A DNA stretch of 64,000 nt from a virus. The notes beneath the pieces are model-generated. The model searched no databases, was not told the DNA's origin, and saw nothing but the letters and a program-made list of their open reading frames with translations. Below, one piece after another: positions 39,401 to 47,326 of the stretch. The stretch is from the IMG/VR virus record IMGVR_UViG_3300003629_000001; one strand, given 5' to 3'. A program made the translations under genes and the position numbers. How positions within the stretch are numbered: the stretch's first letter is position 1; each line of letters begins with the position of its first letter.

Positions 39401-41226
39401 ACACCATGCACCAGAGCGACCAACTCAAGCAAGAGCAACGCGAGAATATCCGAAACACGCTTGAGACATACTTCCCTGAACAGTACGTCAACGCGTACTA
39501 CGGGTCTATAGAGTCGTGGAAGGTCAACAACGCGGCTGGAAGTGCTGAAGAACACGAAACGGCGTTCAAGGAAGCACTGGGTATCGAATCGCCGTCGCAC
39601 GCTGAAGCACTACACGACAAAGAGCCGTCTACAGCGGCGAAGGCACACCAGAAGATAGCGAAGGTCATGGCTGACCTCTCTGACGAATACTGGGAAGCAA
39701 ACTTCGGTGGCCGCGCCGAGGTACATCGTGGTATCTCGAACACGGCATTCGAGAATCTATTCCCCCAGTGGCTTGAGACACCCAACGCGACGAAGTACAA
39801 CGTCAAGCAACTCGCTCTGAACAACTTCAGCCGGAGTCGGCATACGGCCAACGGATTCGGGGAACGTACTGCTGTCGTAACGCTGGACGCCGACAAGGAC
39901 GACGTGGTGCTATGCACAGACGCGATTAGTAATATCGGTACTGTGCAAGACGAAGCCGAAATTCAGATTCATGGTGACGACCAATCGGTTGACGCACGCG
40001 GTATCGACCTGTTTGGGAAAGATGGGCCGACGCTGGGCGAACACCCTTCGGAGTGGGAGAAGGGCGAACACGTAGAGTTCGGTCAATTTCTGACCGGCTA
40101 CTATATGCGGAAAACAGACGACGTGGAAGAAGGCGAAGCGCCGATTCCCGAAAAGCACTACAAGACGCTTCTTGAGTGGACGCGAGCGCTGACCGAAACG
40201 TATCCTGACTTGGCACGTCGTCAGCCCACTCTCAATAGCCTTACCAGAGAGATTGAGCAAGACGCCGATACCTACTTCGGACTCGGCCCGCTCGGAAAGC
40301 AGTACACCGGTACGTTCACCGAAGAGACGACTGACAGCACGGAATATCCTACTATCGACTTGACTGACGAAGCGTCCGCGACATGGCTCTCTGACGCCAG
40401 TCAGAAACCCGAGCGAGAAGACATTTCACCCCAGCTATTCGAGCAACTGGTCGAAGCCAATCGCAAACGCCGAGAATCTATCAATACGGATACTGACGAA
40501 AGTGACACTGGCCCCATGCGGTTGAAGGGCCGTGTGGAAGTAGGGGCATTGAACAAACCGGACTGGAATCCGGTCAAGGACAGCACCCTTCAGAAAGCGA
40601 GTGACAACTTCCTGAAAGTTGACGACCTGCTACTGGACGCGTGGGAAAAACAAGTGTGCGCGGATTCGATTGAGAAAGCACCCGAAATGTGGCAACGGGG
40701 AGATAACGTCCCTCAATTCGTCCGCACGTTCGTCGCACAGGCCGCGACCAAACGAGACGCCCTGTGGGACGAATACAACGACGTGCCGCACATGGCGGCG
40801 CTGAAAGTCCATGAGATAATCAAGGACAACGTGACGAGCGACGGGTGGTCTATCAAAACCATAGCGGACGACCTGACTGACGAGTTCGAGGGTATCAGTA
40901 AGCGCCAAGCCGAAACAATTGCTCGCACCGAGGTAGCCGCTGTGCTAAACGACGCACGGGCTATGGCGTACAAGTCGTCGGATTACGACCTTCAATTTTA
41001 CTGGTCAGGGCCACAGGACGAACACACGACTGATATTTGCACCGAGGTAAAGCAAGAAATAGAGAATCGTGGTGGCTACGTCAGTATGGATACTCTGAAG
41101 AAAATTCTTCGAGAGAAAGCCCGGAAGCACCGCGACGACGGTGGGACGCCGGAGAGAGTGTCAAGTTATTTACCACATTTCAACTGTAGACACACGTTAG
41201 TTAGAAGCGAGTTCCGCTGGACGTAG
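36400..41226 (+). CDS. Array protein 11: DGP domain, 2 WIPY tags, 2 ART-like domains and C-terminal MuF (SPP1 gp7-like) domain
   Basis: Tags at 36610 and 38713. ARTs HRG..LNNY..EGE and HRG..LNNF..EAE. MuF motifs AETIARTE..W..D..T..IC..PHFNCRH. Confidence 0.85.
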   Translation: MAVVIEEFDIGDMSWSTLGRIEDGEIVADGDGFLSELLSDDELGDEDELLNRFNGPRLVAYRDRGTLGKNWIPYQGPMGGEGWQNANDPDDIRYVDDPPGEIEEGYEEQAEGWGESDQERFVNAVEEEYGVFASSLANAFTEETVLKDPYDSGYVKLAAKVVFGENYPDESVAEYYEEFRELTNLDTIQTPREATMDVIAAIDELEPTKSQKNQALDALRDRYNIMQSADGLPQVPLEDKGPRDWKEHVPGRGEDYDWGTVNTQDAVLYQTEDGLMNGRIWKYEGEDDQDVLYTLENGETLYHEEIEAFYPNEKEALRVGSNARVSEGNFLTFEIDGTPYQGEVSTIAARDGQRVEALISTPGAMVRLSSTTEEGRDPQLESVQGDDIEIIERQRTLPDDFEGMAEGVNREADAVARDITDNLGDEWHRSMSLERDVQNELEKYFSSTAVSQFYEAVNDWKQDASSGLSGLHASSFQEALDIHSPARGWDEPSKENVQVAKVMYEVSQEYLKKTHGSSVRLHRGMSNTGFRRLMDTWLENPNADEYDLSQMALNNYTPQVGIAEGFAHDTAVVTSRVSTDNIAFAMDALAARSMDNEGEVHVMGDGMTVDHSDIAFGEHRIELDEFPDGWSLEEHEDMVEQLKHHYAGRMPLPKESHEEIFQKWAESVKENHPELVEGPNPNPEIQELVKTIETDAFLQYEVRQGPQTQLDEFEDKQDSNPVIDLTDDASARWSAYDPAEIPDTVKETKWNQYRNWQQSLQEKSSSPIGKAWIPYEGPRGGEGWQSANDPNKVVYQQEPPGEVADEYDADHWEEYPSDGNWPESPHGTPWEQPQGFGRDAGMQLTDAVAFINYDDEVVAGEIAEFNDDEKTYKLENGYVISHSQVVGWSQPPEGERVETSVGMVTEGDWITYDTSYSEDHVAQISDIEINDDKDIISVVGEHGYYEIEVSGRPNNRNEFNAKVQRIHTEEPDLFENVEQNGMAMETDDIVGEMSERIDLKDTMHQSDQLKQEQRENIRNTLETYFPEQYVNAYYGSIESWKVNNAAGSAEEHETAFKEALGIESPSHAEALHDKEPSTAAKAHQKIAKVMADLSDEYWEANFGGRAEVHRGISNTAFENLFPQWLETPNATKYNVKQLALNNFSRSRHTANGFGERTAVVTLDADKDDVVLCTDAISNIGTVQDEAEIQIHGDDQSVDARGIDLFGKDGPTLGEHPSEWEKGEHVEFGQFLTGYYMRKTDDVEEGEAPIPEKHYKTLLEWTRALTETYPDLARRQPTLNSLTREIEQDADTYFGLGPLGKQYTGTFTEETTDSTEYPTIDLTDEASATWLSDASQKPEREDISPQLFEQLVEANRKRRESINTDTDESDTGPMRLKGRVEVGALNKPDWNPVKDSTLQKASDNFLKVDDLLLDAWEKQVCADSIEKAPEMWQRGDNVPQFVRTFVAQAATKRDALWDEYNDVPHMAALKVHEIIKDNVTSDGWSIKTIADDLTDEFEGISKRQAETIARTEVAAVLNDARAMAYKSSDYDLQFYWSGPQDEHTTDICTEVKQEIENRGGYVSMDTLKKILREKARKHRDDGGTPERVSSYLPHFNCRHTLVRSEFRWT

Positions 41227-41267
41227 CCAACCAAATCTTCTTGACTGTCGCCATACTGTTGTACGGT

Positions 41268-41987
41268 ATGAAGTATCAAGATGAGGATTGGCTACGAAAG
41301 AAATACCATGAAGAGGGAAACAGTACGTCTGAAATAGCCGATTTGACGGAAGTAACACGCTCTACTATTCTTCGATGGATGGACAAATTCGATATAGAAA
41401 GAAGGGGTCATGGAACACCTCAAAAAGAAGGCCGTTACAAAATCGAAGCATGGCTACGAGAACAGTATATAGAACGAAGGCGTTCGATTAGGGATATTGC
41501 TGAAGAGTGTGGTGTCTCAAAAGCAACACCGAGACACTGGTTGCACAAGTTCGATATAAAAATTCGTCAAGGGTCTGAAGCAATTGAGACTCAATGGGAA
41601 GACAACGAAGAAAGACGTGAGAAACAAGCCGAGTTCATGCGGAATCTGGAAAAACCACACGTCAAACGCGGACACCATACACAGGAAACGAAAGAGAAAA
41701 TGTCGGAAGGCAATAGTGGTGAATCTAACGGAATGTTCGGAGTAACCGGTGAAGAAAACCCGGCATGGAAAGAAAACACCCCTTCACACAGATTTTATCA
41801 GAGAAAACGTTGGAAGCAGGCACGTCAGAAAGCACTCGAACGTGACGGATACGAGTGTACGAAATGCGGTTCAAAAGACGACTTACTCGTTCACCATATT
41901 GAACCACTTCCTGACGGAGCGGAGTTTGATTTAGAGAACCTATCAACATTATGCATTTCTTGCCACGGGTCAATCCACCCTCTTTAA
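41268..41987 (+). CDS. HNH homing endonuclease with tandem HTH and NUMOD3-like motif
   Basis: Two WLR..Y..IA repeats, HTQETKEKMS, NPAWK, RD..CTKC..HHI..N..LCISCH. ATG 41268 preferred over TTG 41241. Confidence 0.9.
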   Translation: MKYQDEDWLRKKYHEEGNSTSEIADLTEVTRSTILRWMDKFDIERRGHGTPQKEGRYKIEAWLREQYIERRRSIRDIAEECGVSKATPRHWLHKFDIKIRQGSEAIETQWEDNEERREKQAEFMRNLEKPHVKRGHHTQETKEKMSEGNSGESNGMFGVTGEENPAWKENTPSHRFYQRKRWKQARQKALERDGYECTKCGSKDDLLVHHIEPLPDGAEFDLENLSTLCISCHGSIHPL

Positions 41988-42005
41988 TCCGATTCAAGAA
42001 CACGC

Positions 42006-42018
42006 CGAAACTTTAATA
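42006..42018 (+). promoter_or_regulatory. Haloarchaeal BRE/TATA promoter (leaderless)
   Basis: CGAAACTTTAAT about 24 nt upstream of ATG 42041. Confidence 0.5.
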
Positions 42019-42040
42019 GGATTATAGATTCCATGTCTAC

Positions 42041-42694
42041 ATGGAAATGAGCGAAATCACGATTACTGTAGACGAAGACGATGGGTCGGATTTGTTCGTA
42101 GAGACGCAAAAACGGCTCAATAGAATGGGACTTGAAGTTGCTGACGCTACCTCTCTCACGATTCAGGTGGACGGCGATTTAGACAACTTCGAGAGTGGAA
42201 CGTTCCGTGAAGTTCAGGAAGAAACCAAAGCCGCTGAAGTTACCGGCAACCCGGTCGAACTCGCTACTGAAGCGGCACGGGAAAACAACGAAGACGAAAA
42301 CAAAAACGTTCACAACGCTGGAACAAAGAACTCGAAGCGACCTGACGTTGACGAGATAGAGGAAGTGCTGGGGTCTACCGAATACGTCACGAAAGAACGA
42401 ATCATGCGAGACAATGGTGACAACCCGTACTTTCCGGTACTCGAAGTATTGTTCTCGTCGCGTGACCCGCTTCGTTCCGACCAGATATTCAAGTTGACCG
42501 AAGGTCGTGGTGAAGGCAACCTCAAACGGATGTGGAAAAACCACCTCGTAGACCGCCAAGAGAACGACGACGATACCCAGCACTGGCACAAATACACGCT
42601 CGCTCCGCGTGGCAAGGAACTCATTCTCGAAATCCGAAAGAAATGGTCACGAAGTGGACAACTCGAAGATAATATGGCCTCAATAATGGGGTAA
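42041..42694 (+). CDS. Hypothetical protein with C-terminal winged-helix-like domain
   Basis: LKRMWKNHLVDR..YTLAPRG is a wHTH-like wing. Confidence 0.6.
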   Translation: MEMSEITITVDEDDGSDLFVETQKRLNRMGLEVADATSLTIQVDGDLDNFESGTFREVQEETKAAEVTGNPVELATEAARENNEDENKNVHNAGTKNSKRPDVDEIEEVLGSTEYVTKERIMRDNGDNPYFPVLEVLFSSRDPLRSDQIFKLTEGRGEGNLKRMWKNHLVDRQENDDDTQHWHKYTLAPRGKELILEIRKKWSRSGQLEDNMASIMG

Positions 42695-42826
42695 GTGGCT
42701 TGTTAATAGCCGCCTAAAATGTTGAATCGGCTTCTCGAAATCTGAACTATGGGCACTTTTATAAGATACTAATTCTATAATGTAGGCTGTGGCAATGAGC
42801 GTATTGCCAAGAAGGTTCAAACAAGA

Positions 42827-43453
42827 ATGGCCGAAATAATCAACGAACTCCGCGAACGAGTCAAAGGAGAAAGTGACGAGGAGAAAAACGAGATTTACTA
42901 CACGCCGAAGCAGAAGAAGGTTCTCAAAACCATAGCCCAAAACCCGCACGCAAACGCGAGCGAAATTGCTGACATGGCTGGCGTTCATCCATCGTACATT
43001 CCGTACATCATTGAACGCGTTGACGAGGGTGTTGTGAATAACCTACATAGACTGGACGAATACCTCTCCGAGCGAGAGGAAATGCAAGATACCGAAGGGA
43101 GTCCAGTTCAACGAACCGAACCTGACGAAACGACTGCTGAACTTATGCAAACCTTCGGTGCTGGCGGTTCCAGTTCTGGACTGACCGCTTCCCAACGACC
43201 GACTATGGACGACCACAAGGTCGGCCCGGACGCAACCGAGTTCACGGTTACGAGAGAACTCCCTGTCCAAATCACAATCAAATTCCCCGAAGACGAAGAG
43301 ATTCAGAAACTCATTAAAGCAACCCCCGAACTTGCTGAAATCGACGCTTCCGAACTACAAGAAGCAGTCTCGAAACAAATCACCGAAGGCAAAATCGAAG
43401 AAGACGACAAATCCGAAGAAAGTGAGGAAAACGAAGAAGTTGCTTCTGCTTAG
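42827..43453 (+). CDS. HTH DNA-binding protein
   Basis: TPKQKKVL..NPHANASEIADMAGVHPSYI. Confidence 0.7.
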   Translation: MAEIINELRERVKGESDEEKNEIYYTPKQKKVLKTIAQNPHANASEIADMAGVHPSYIPYIIERVDEGVVNNLHRLDEYLSEREEMQDTEGSPVQRTEPDETTAELMQTFGAGGSSSGLTASQRPTMDDHKVGPDATEFTVTRELPVQITIKFPEDEEIQKLIKATPELAEIDASELQEAVSKQITEGKIEEDDKSEESEENEEVASA

Positions 43454-43583
43454 TTTTTCTTACCGCAACCATTTGCACCAATACGCCTAATAGCGGAAGC
43501 GCTATTCTGGTTGACTACCCATTCCCGTATAGGGGAAGACTTATGTTGATAGGGGTACTACTAATACATACGAGGTGCTTGAA

Positions 43584-44435
43584 ATGAGCCGAATTGAGAC
43601 AGACGCCGTAGAGGTACAAATTGTGAACAGCGCCGAAGATGTGGCCGAGGTAATGGGCCTCGACCTTGACGATGAATACGACGCCCAACGCGCCGCGCAC
43701 GTCTACACGGTCGTAGATGAGACAGACACCGTTGCCCTCGAACTCGAATCGTCGTGGTGGGGCAACGAAGCGTTCGGCGTATGGCAAGACTGGTTCGTCG
43801 TTCGCCCGGACAGTGTTTCCCCGAGCGGGAAAGCGCTATTCGTGGACGAGGGAACCAGCCTGAAAGACCCGGTAGACCACCTACGACGCGCTGACAGCCG
43901 GGCCGAGTCCGGTAACGGGTGGAACAGCAAAGCCGTCCGTCGCGCCCGTCACAAGGCGCTCAAGAACTGGGAAGACGCCTACGGCGTCGGCCCCGGACTC
44001 GGAGAAGGTCACGATGAACGCGACCGCTTCGCTGGCAAATCCGTCCCGCTCTCGGTCATTGAGACGGCGTTCGCCACTCCGGCGGACGAAGACAACCTCG
44101 TAATCGACAGCGAGAGTCAGCACGAAGGTACGATGGACGAAGGCGACGTGCGAGTCGTCGGCACGAAGGATACCCGCTACGGCCCGAAGTTCCGACTCGC
44201 GGGCGACACCTACGGCGCGTTCAAGGAAGACGAAATCGCGGACGAAATCGACTGGGATACCGCTCACCACACCTACGACGGAGACGAATGGGTGTGTGAC
44301 GTTGACGGCGTAGGTGCGGTAATCGAAGCCCTCGTCGCGGGCGGGTACACTGTCTCTGTCGATTCCGACCACGCGGCCCGTGTCGAAGAGACGCTGAACA
44401 AATCCAACACTATCGCGGATTCGTTCGGCGTGTAA
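43584..44435 (+). CDS. Hypothetical protein
   Basis: Acidic ORF with GAGGTG RBS before ATG 43584. Confidence 0.7.
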   Translation: MSRIETDAVEVQIVNSAEDVAEVMGLDLDDEYDAQRAAHVYTVVDETDTVALELESSWWGNEAFGVWQDWFVVRPDSVSPSGKALFVDEGTSLKDPVDHLRRADSRAESGNGWNSKAVRRARHKALKNWEDAYGVGPGLGEGHDERDRFAGKSVPLSVIETAFATPADEDNLVIDSESQHEGTMDEGDVRVVGTKDTRYGPKFRLAGDTYGAFKEDEIADEIDWDTAHHTYDGDEWVCDVDGVGAVIEALVAGGYTVSVDSDHAARVEETLNKSNTIADSFGV

Positions 44436-44665
44436 TGCGGGTCGTTCTTTTCTATCGCACGCGTGGCTGTCTGTACCCCTATTGGTACGTACAGGATTTT
44501 GTAGACGGCTATGGTGTTGAAATGATTCGGTGCAAGAAATATGGGATTAAGAGCGAGGAAATTGAAGAGACGGCGACTCTCAAGAAGGATACGGAAGAAA
44601 TGTTCCTCGTTGCCACCGACGACGTGGAAAAGTCACTGTGTACGAAATATCTCTGGAAAGACTAA
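44435..44665 (+). CDS. Small hypothetical protein
   Basis: TAATG coupling to the upstream gene. Confidence 0.45.
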   Translation: MRVVLFYRTRGCLYPYWYVQDFVDGYGVEMIRCKKYGIKSEEIEETATLKKDTEEMFLVATDDVEKSLCTKYLWKD

Positions 44666-44750
44666 TCATATTCTATTTTCCGATGATTTTATAACCCTAT
44701 AGAATCTGATTCAATTCAGGCGGAGCGCCCGCCACACCTACCACCCAACA

Positions 44751-45044
44751 ATGAACGACTTGACTGGATTCCAGCGTGACCTTCTCCGTGTTGCCGCTGG
44801 ACTTGACAAACCGAAAGGACTCGAAATCAAAGAGAAACTGGAATCGTACTACAATAGCGAAATCAACCACGGGCGTCTGTACCCGAATCTGGATACTCTG
44901 GTCGAAAAAGGGCTTCTTGAAAAAGGTCAGCACGACGAGCGGTCGAATGCGTACAAGGTGACGCGTCGGGGGAACCGCGAACTCAAAGACCGCGACGAGT
45001 GGAACGAGTCAGTGCGCGAAGTGACCGAAACCACCGCCGCGTAA
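44751..45044 (+). CDS. PadR-family transcriptional regulator (haloarchaeal type)
   Basis: DLTGFQRDLL..GLEIK..INHGRLYPNLDTLVEKGL..N.Y..T.RG. Confidence 0.9.
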   Translation: MNDLTGFQRDLLRVAAGLDKPKGLEIKEKLESYYNSEINHGRLYPNLDTLVEKGLLEKGQHDERSNAYKVTRRGNRELKDRDEWNESVREVTETTAA

Positions 45045-45058
45045 GACAACGATAGTCG

Positions 45059-45067
45059 ATTTTTTGC
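45059..45067 (+). terminator. Oligo-T terminator after PadR gene
   Basis: T-run about 15 nt after the stop codon. Confidence 0.4.
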
Positions 45068-45208
45068 CGCTTATTCTGAAATGGACGAGCGTCAGCCACA
45101 CCATTTTCCGTTAACCACCTCTCTCATTACCCATATTGGGCTTTGTAGTAGGGGTATTAGCAGAACCTTTTTAGTGAACACTATGAAACTATTGGACAGA
45201 GCCGACAT

Positions 45209-45373
45209 ATGGCCTGTCCCGAATGCGGAGAACCGGTTACACTAAGCAAGTCTCTCGTTCGAGGGAGCGAGGATACTGTTCAGAAGAACGAATCTCCTGA
45301 AGAGTGTTCCAATTGCGGCGCTGACCTTGACGACGAGGGAACCAGCGGCCACCGGCTTCGGAAGGGAATCTGA
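45209..45373 (+). CDS. Small CPxCG-type zinc-finger protein (54 aa)
   Basis: Not in the ORF track. Manual translation MACPECGEPVTLSK...CSNCGADL..RKGI*, ending 2 nt before the protease ATG. Confidence 0.7.
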   Translation: MACPECGEPVTLSKSLVRGSEDTVQKNESPEECSNCGADLDDEGTSGHRLRKGI

Positions 45374-45375
45374 CC

Positions 45376-47319
45376 ATGACCGGCCACAGTGAAGATTCGG
45401 TTGGCGATTTTGCTTCGTCGGTTCTTGAAGCAAACTCAAATATCGACAAGAGTACGGCAAAGGCGATTGCTCAAGCACAAGTAACAGGTGACAATACAGC
45501 ACTCGCACAGATACTCAAAGACGCCGGAGCGGAAGACTGGATTGGAACGGTTCAGAAAATCAGTTCTCAAGGCACTGACCCCGAAGTTCTCGTTAATATC
45601 GTCAGCAAGATTACGAGCGGTGGCTACGAAGACGAAGTGTCTACTCGTCAGTCATTCGCCAAGTCCGACACGATTGAGAAAGTCGGGTTCGACGCACAGG
45701 TTACGTCTCAAGCGACGGTCTTCAAAGCGGACGGAGATTTCGTTGTATGGGGGCCAGCCAGCGTTGAAGTGGTTGACAAGGAAGGCGACCGTATCAAGGC
45801 GAAAGCGCTTGAAAAAGCCCTTCCACAACTGCTGAAGCGTGCGCGTCTGTCTTTGGAACACTCCGACCAATTGGTTGGAAAGATTCTGGAACGGTTCGAT
45901 ACAGACGAACCCGTGACGGTAGAGGTAGGAGATAAGACCTTTGAACGGTCTGATTTCCCTACCGACGTACTCGAACTGGACGGCATGGAACCAGCACTTT
46001 TCGTTGCTGGTGAAATCTACGACGACACTCGTCAGGCTCAAGAAACGCGTAAGCGGATTGAGAATGGCGAATTGGATTCTTATTCCATTTCTGGTGAAGC
46101 ACTCGTAACCCGCAAGAAAATCTCCGACGGGGAAGCCCATGACGACATTGTTGACATGGACTTGTCCGCCGTGACGATTTGCGAACAGGGAATGAATCAG
46201 AAGGCGAAGTTCGGAGTAGTTTCTGATTCTGATACGGGTATTACCACCAGAAGCGCGGAAGCCGGAGTCAATGACGCGAACGGAAGTAGCAGAGGCCCTT
46301 CGGCGGACGCCGTTGGAACTGTAGCGGCCAAGGCAATCTCAAAAACAATGAGCAACAACAACGACGGCGACTCCTCCGGGGGCTTCAGCATGGAAGACCT
46401 TCAGGGTGAGTTCAAGTCCGTTCTGGACGACAAACTCCCCGACGGAGAACTCGCCACGAAAGAGAGTATGCGGGAAGTGGCCCGCGACGTGTATCAAGAG
46501 GAAAAGCAAGACGAGGAAGTTCCCCCGGAAATGCGGGAAGAGGAACCCGAAGAGGAAGAAGAGGAAGAGGTTCCCCCGGAAGAGGAAATGGAAGAGAAGC
46601 AGGTTCCTGAAGCGCTCGGTATGCTTCAGGACGAGTACCCGAACCTGACCGAAGAAAAACTCCGCTCTATGCTTGAGAGTCAAGCAGGCGGGAACGGTGG
46701 CGGCGGCGGGAACGGCGGTGGGGGCAACTCCGGCGGCGGTTCCGGCGGCGGCAACGGTGGCGGTGGCGGCGGTGGCGGCGGAAGCCAGCCCCCCGCTGGT
46801 CAGAAGGGCGAGTGTCCCGAGTGCGGCGCTCCCGAGGGCAAGTGCGACTGTCAGTCCAAGGAAGACCGCGCTGGCGACCAAGACATGACTGACGAGGGTC
46901 AGTCCGAAGAGTACGAAGACCGCGAAGACCCCATCGAAACCGACGACGAGGGTGTCCCCGAGACGCGAACCCATGAAGAAAAGCAGGGTTACGGGGCCGA
47001 CGAACTCGAAGAAGTGCTTCCCGGCGACGTGTGGGAAGTAGTTCGAGAGTACCTTGACGAAGGTGGCGACATGGGTGAAGAGGAAGAAATGGGTGGCCCG
47101 GCAATGGAAGAAGAGGGCGAACCCGCCGTTGACATTGAGGCCGCTGACGACGCGACTATCGAAGCCGCTGTCGAAAAGGTTCTCAATGGCAAAGGTCTGA
47201 ACAAGGCGGGCGGCGCGGAAGCCCCGTCCGGTGACGCCGAAAAGTCCTACGACGAGAGCCACGGCGACCAAGGGGCGCACGGTGGCAACCCCGCTCTCGC
47301 AAACTTCTACGAGGAATAA
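45376..47319 (+). CDS. Prohead protease (HK97/S78-like) fused to acidic scaffold
   Basis: VWGPASVEVVDKEGD..LEH..YSISG..SAVTIC..MN. C-terminal acidic low-complexity region with repeated EEKQ. Directly upstream of the capsid gene. Confidence 0.88.
   Translation: MTGHSEDSVGDFASSVLEANSNIDKSTAKAIAQAQVTGDNTALAQILKDAGAEDWIGTVQKISSQGTDPEVLVNIVSKITSGGYEDEVSTRQSFAKSDTIEKVGFDAQVTSQATVFKADGDFVVWGPASVEVVDKEGDRIKAKALEKALPQLLKRARLSLEHSDQLVGKILERFDTDEPVTVEVGDKTFERSDFPTDVLELDGMEPALFVAGEIYDDTRQAQETRKRIENGELDSYSISGEALVTRKKISDGEAHDDIVDMDLSAVTICEQGMNQKAKFGVVSDSDTGITTRSAEAGVNDANGSSRGPSADAVGTVAAKAISKTMSNNNDGDSSGGFSMEDLQGEFKSVLDDKLPDGELATKESMREVARDVYQEEKQDEEVPPEMREEEPEEEEEEEVPPEEEMEEKQVPEALGMLQDEYPNLTEEKLRSMLESQAGGNGGGGGNGGGGNSGGGSGGGNGGGGGGGGGSQPPAGQKGECPECGAPEGKCDCQSKEDRAGDQDMTDEGQSEEYEDREDPIETDDEGVPETRTHEEKQGYGADELEEVLPGDVWEVVREYLDEGGDMGEEEEMGGPAMEEEGEPAVDIEAADDATIEAAVEKVLNGKGLNKAGGAEAPSGDAEKSYDESHGDQGAHGGNPALANFYEE
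46688..46782 (+). repeat. GGN-rich low-complexity repeat encoding a poly-Gly linker
   Basis: GGNGGGGGNGGGGNSGGGSGGGNGGGGGGGGG within the scaffold. Confidence 0.85.
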
Positions 47320-47326
47320 CAACACA

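Noticed and set aside
678-42026. TAGGATTATA seen next to TATA-like boxes at 678 and 42017
   Set aside because: Only two copies noticed in AT-rich promoter DNA, too weak to call an operator.
47231-47326. Longer ORF-track starts for the MCP (also 737, 10720, 41241, 49852, 58550, 62108)
   Set aside because: They overlap upstream genes or add atypical sequence. Downstream ATGs fit better.
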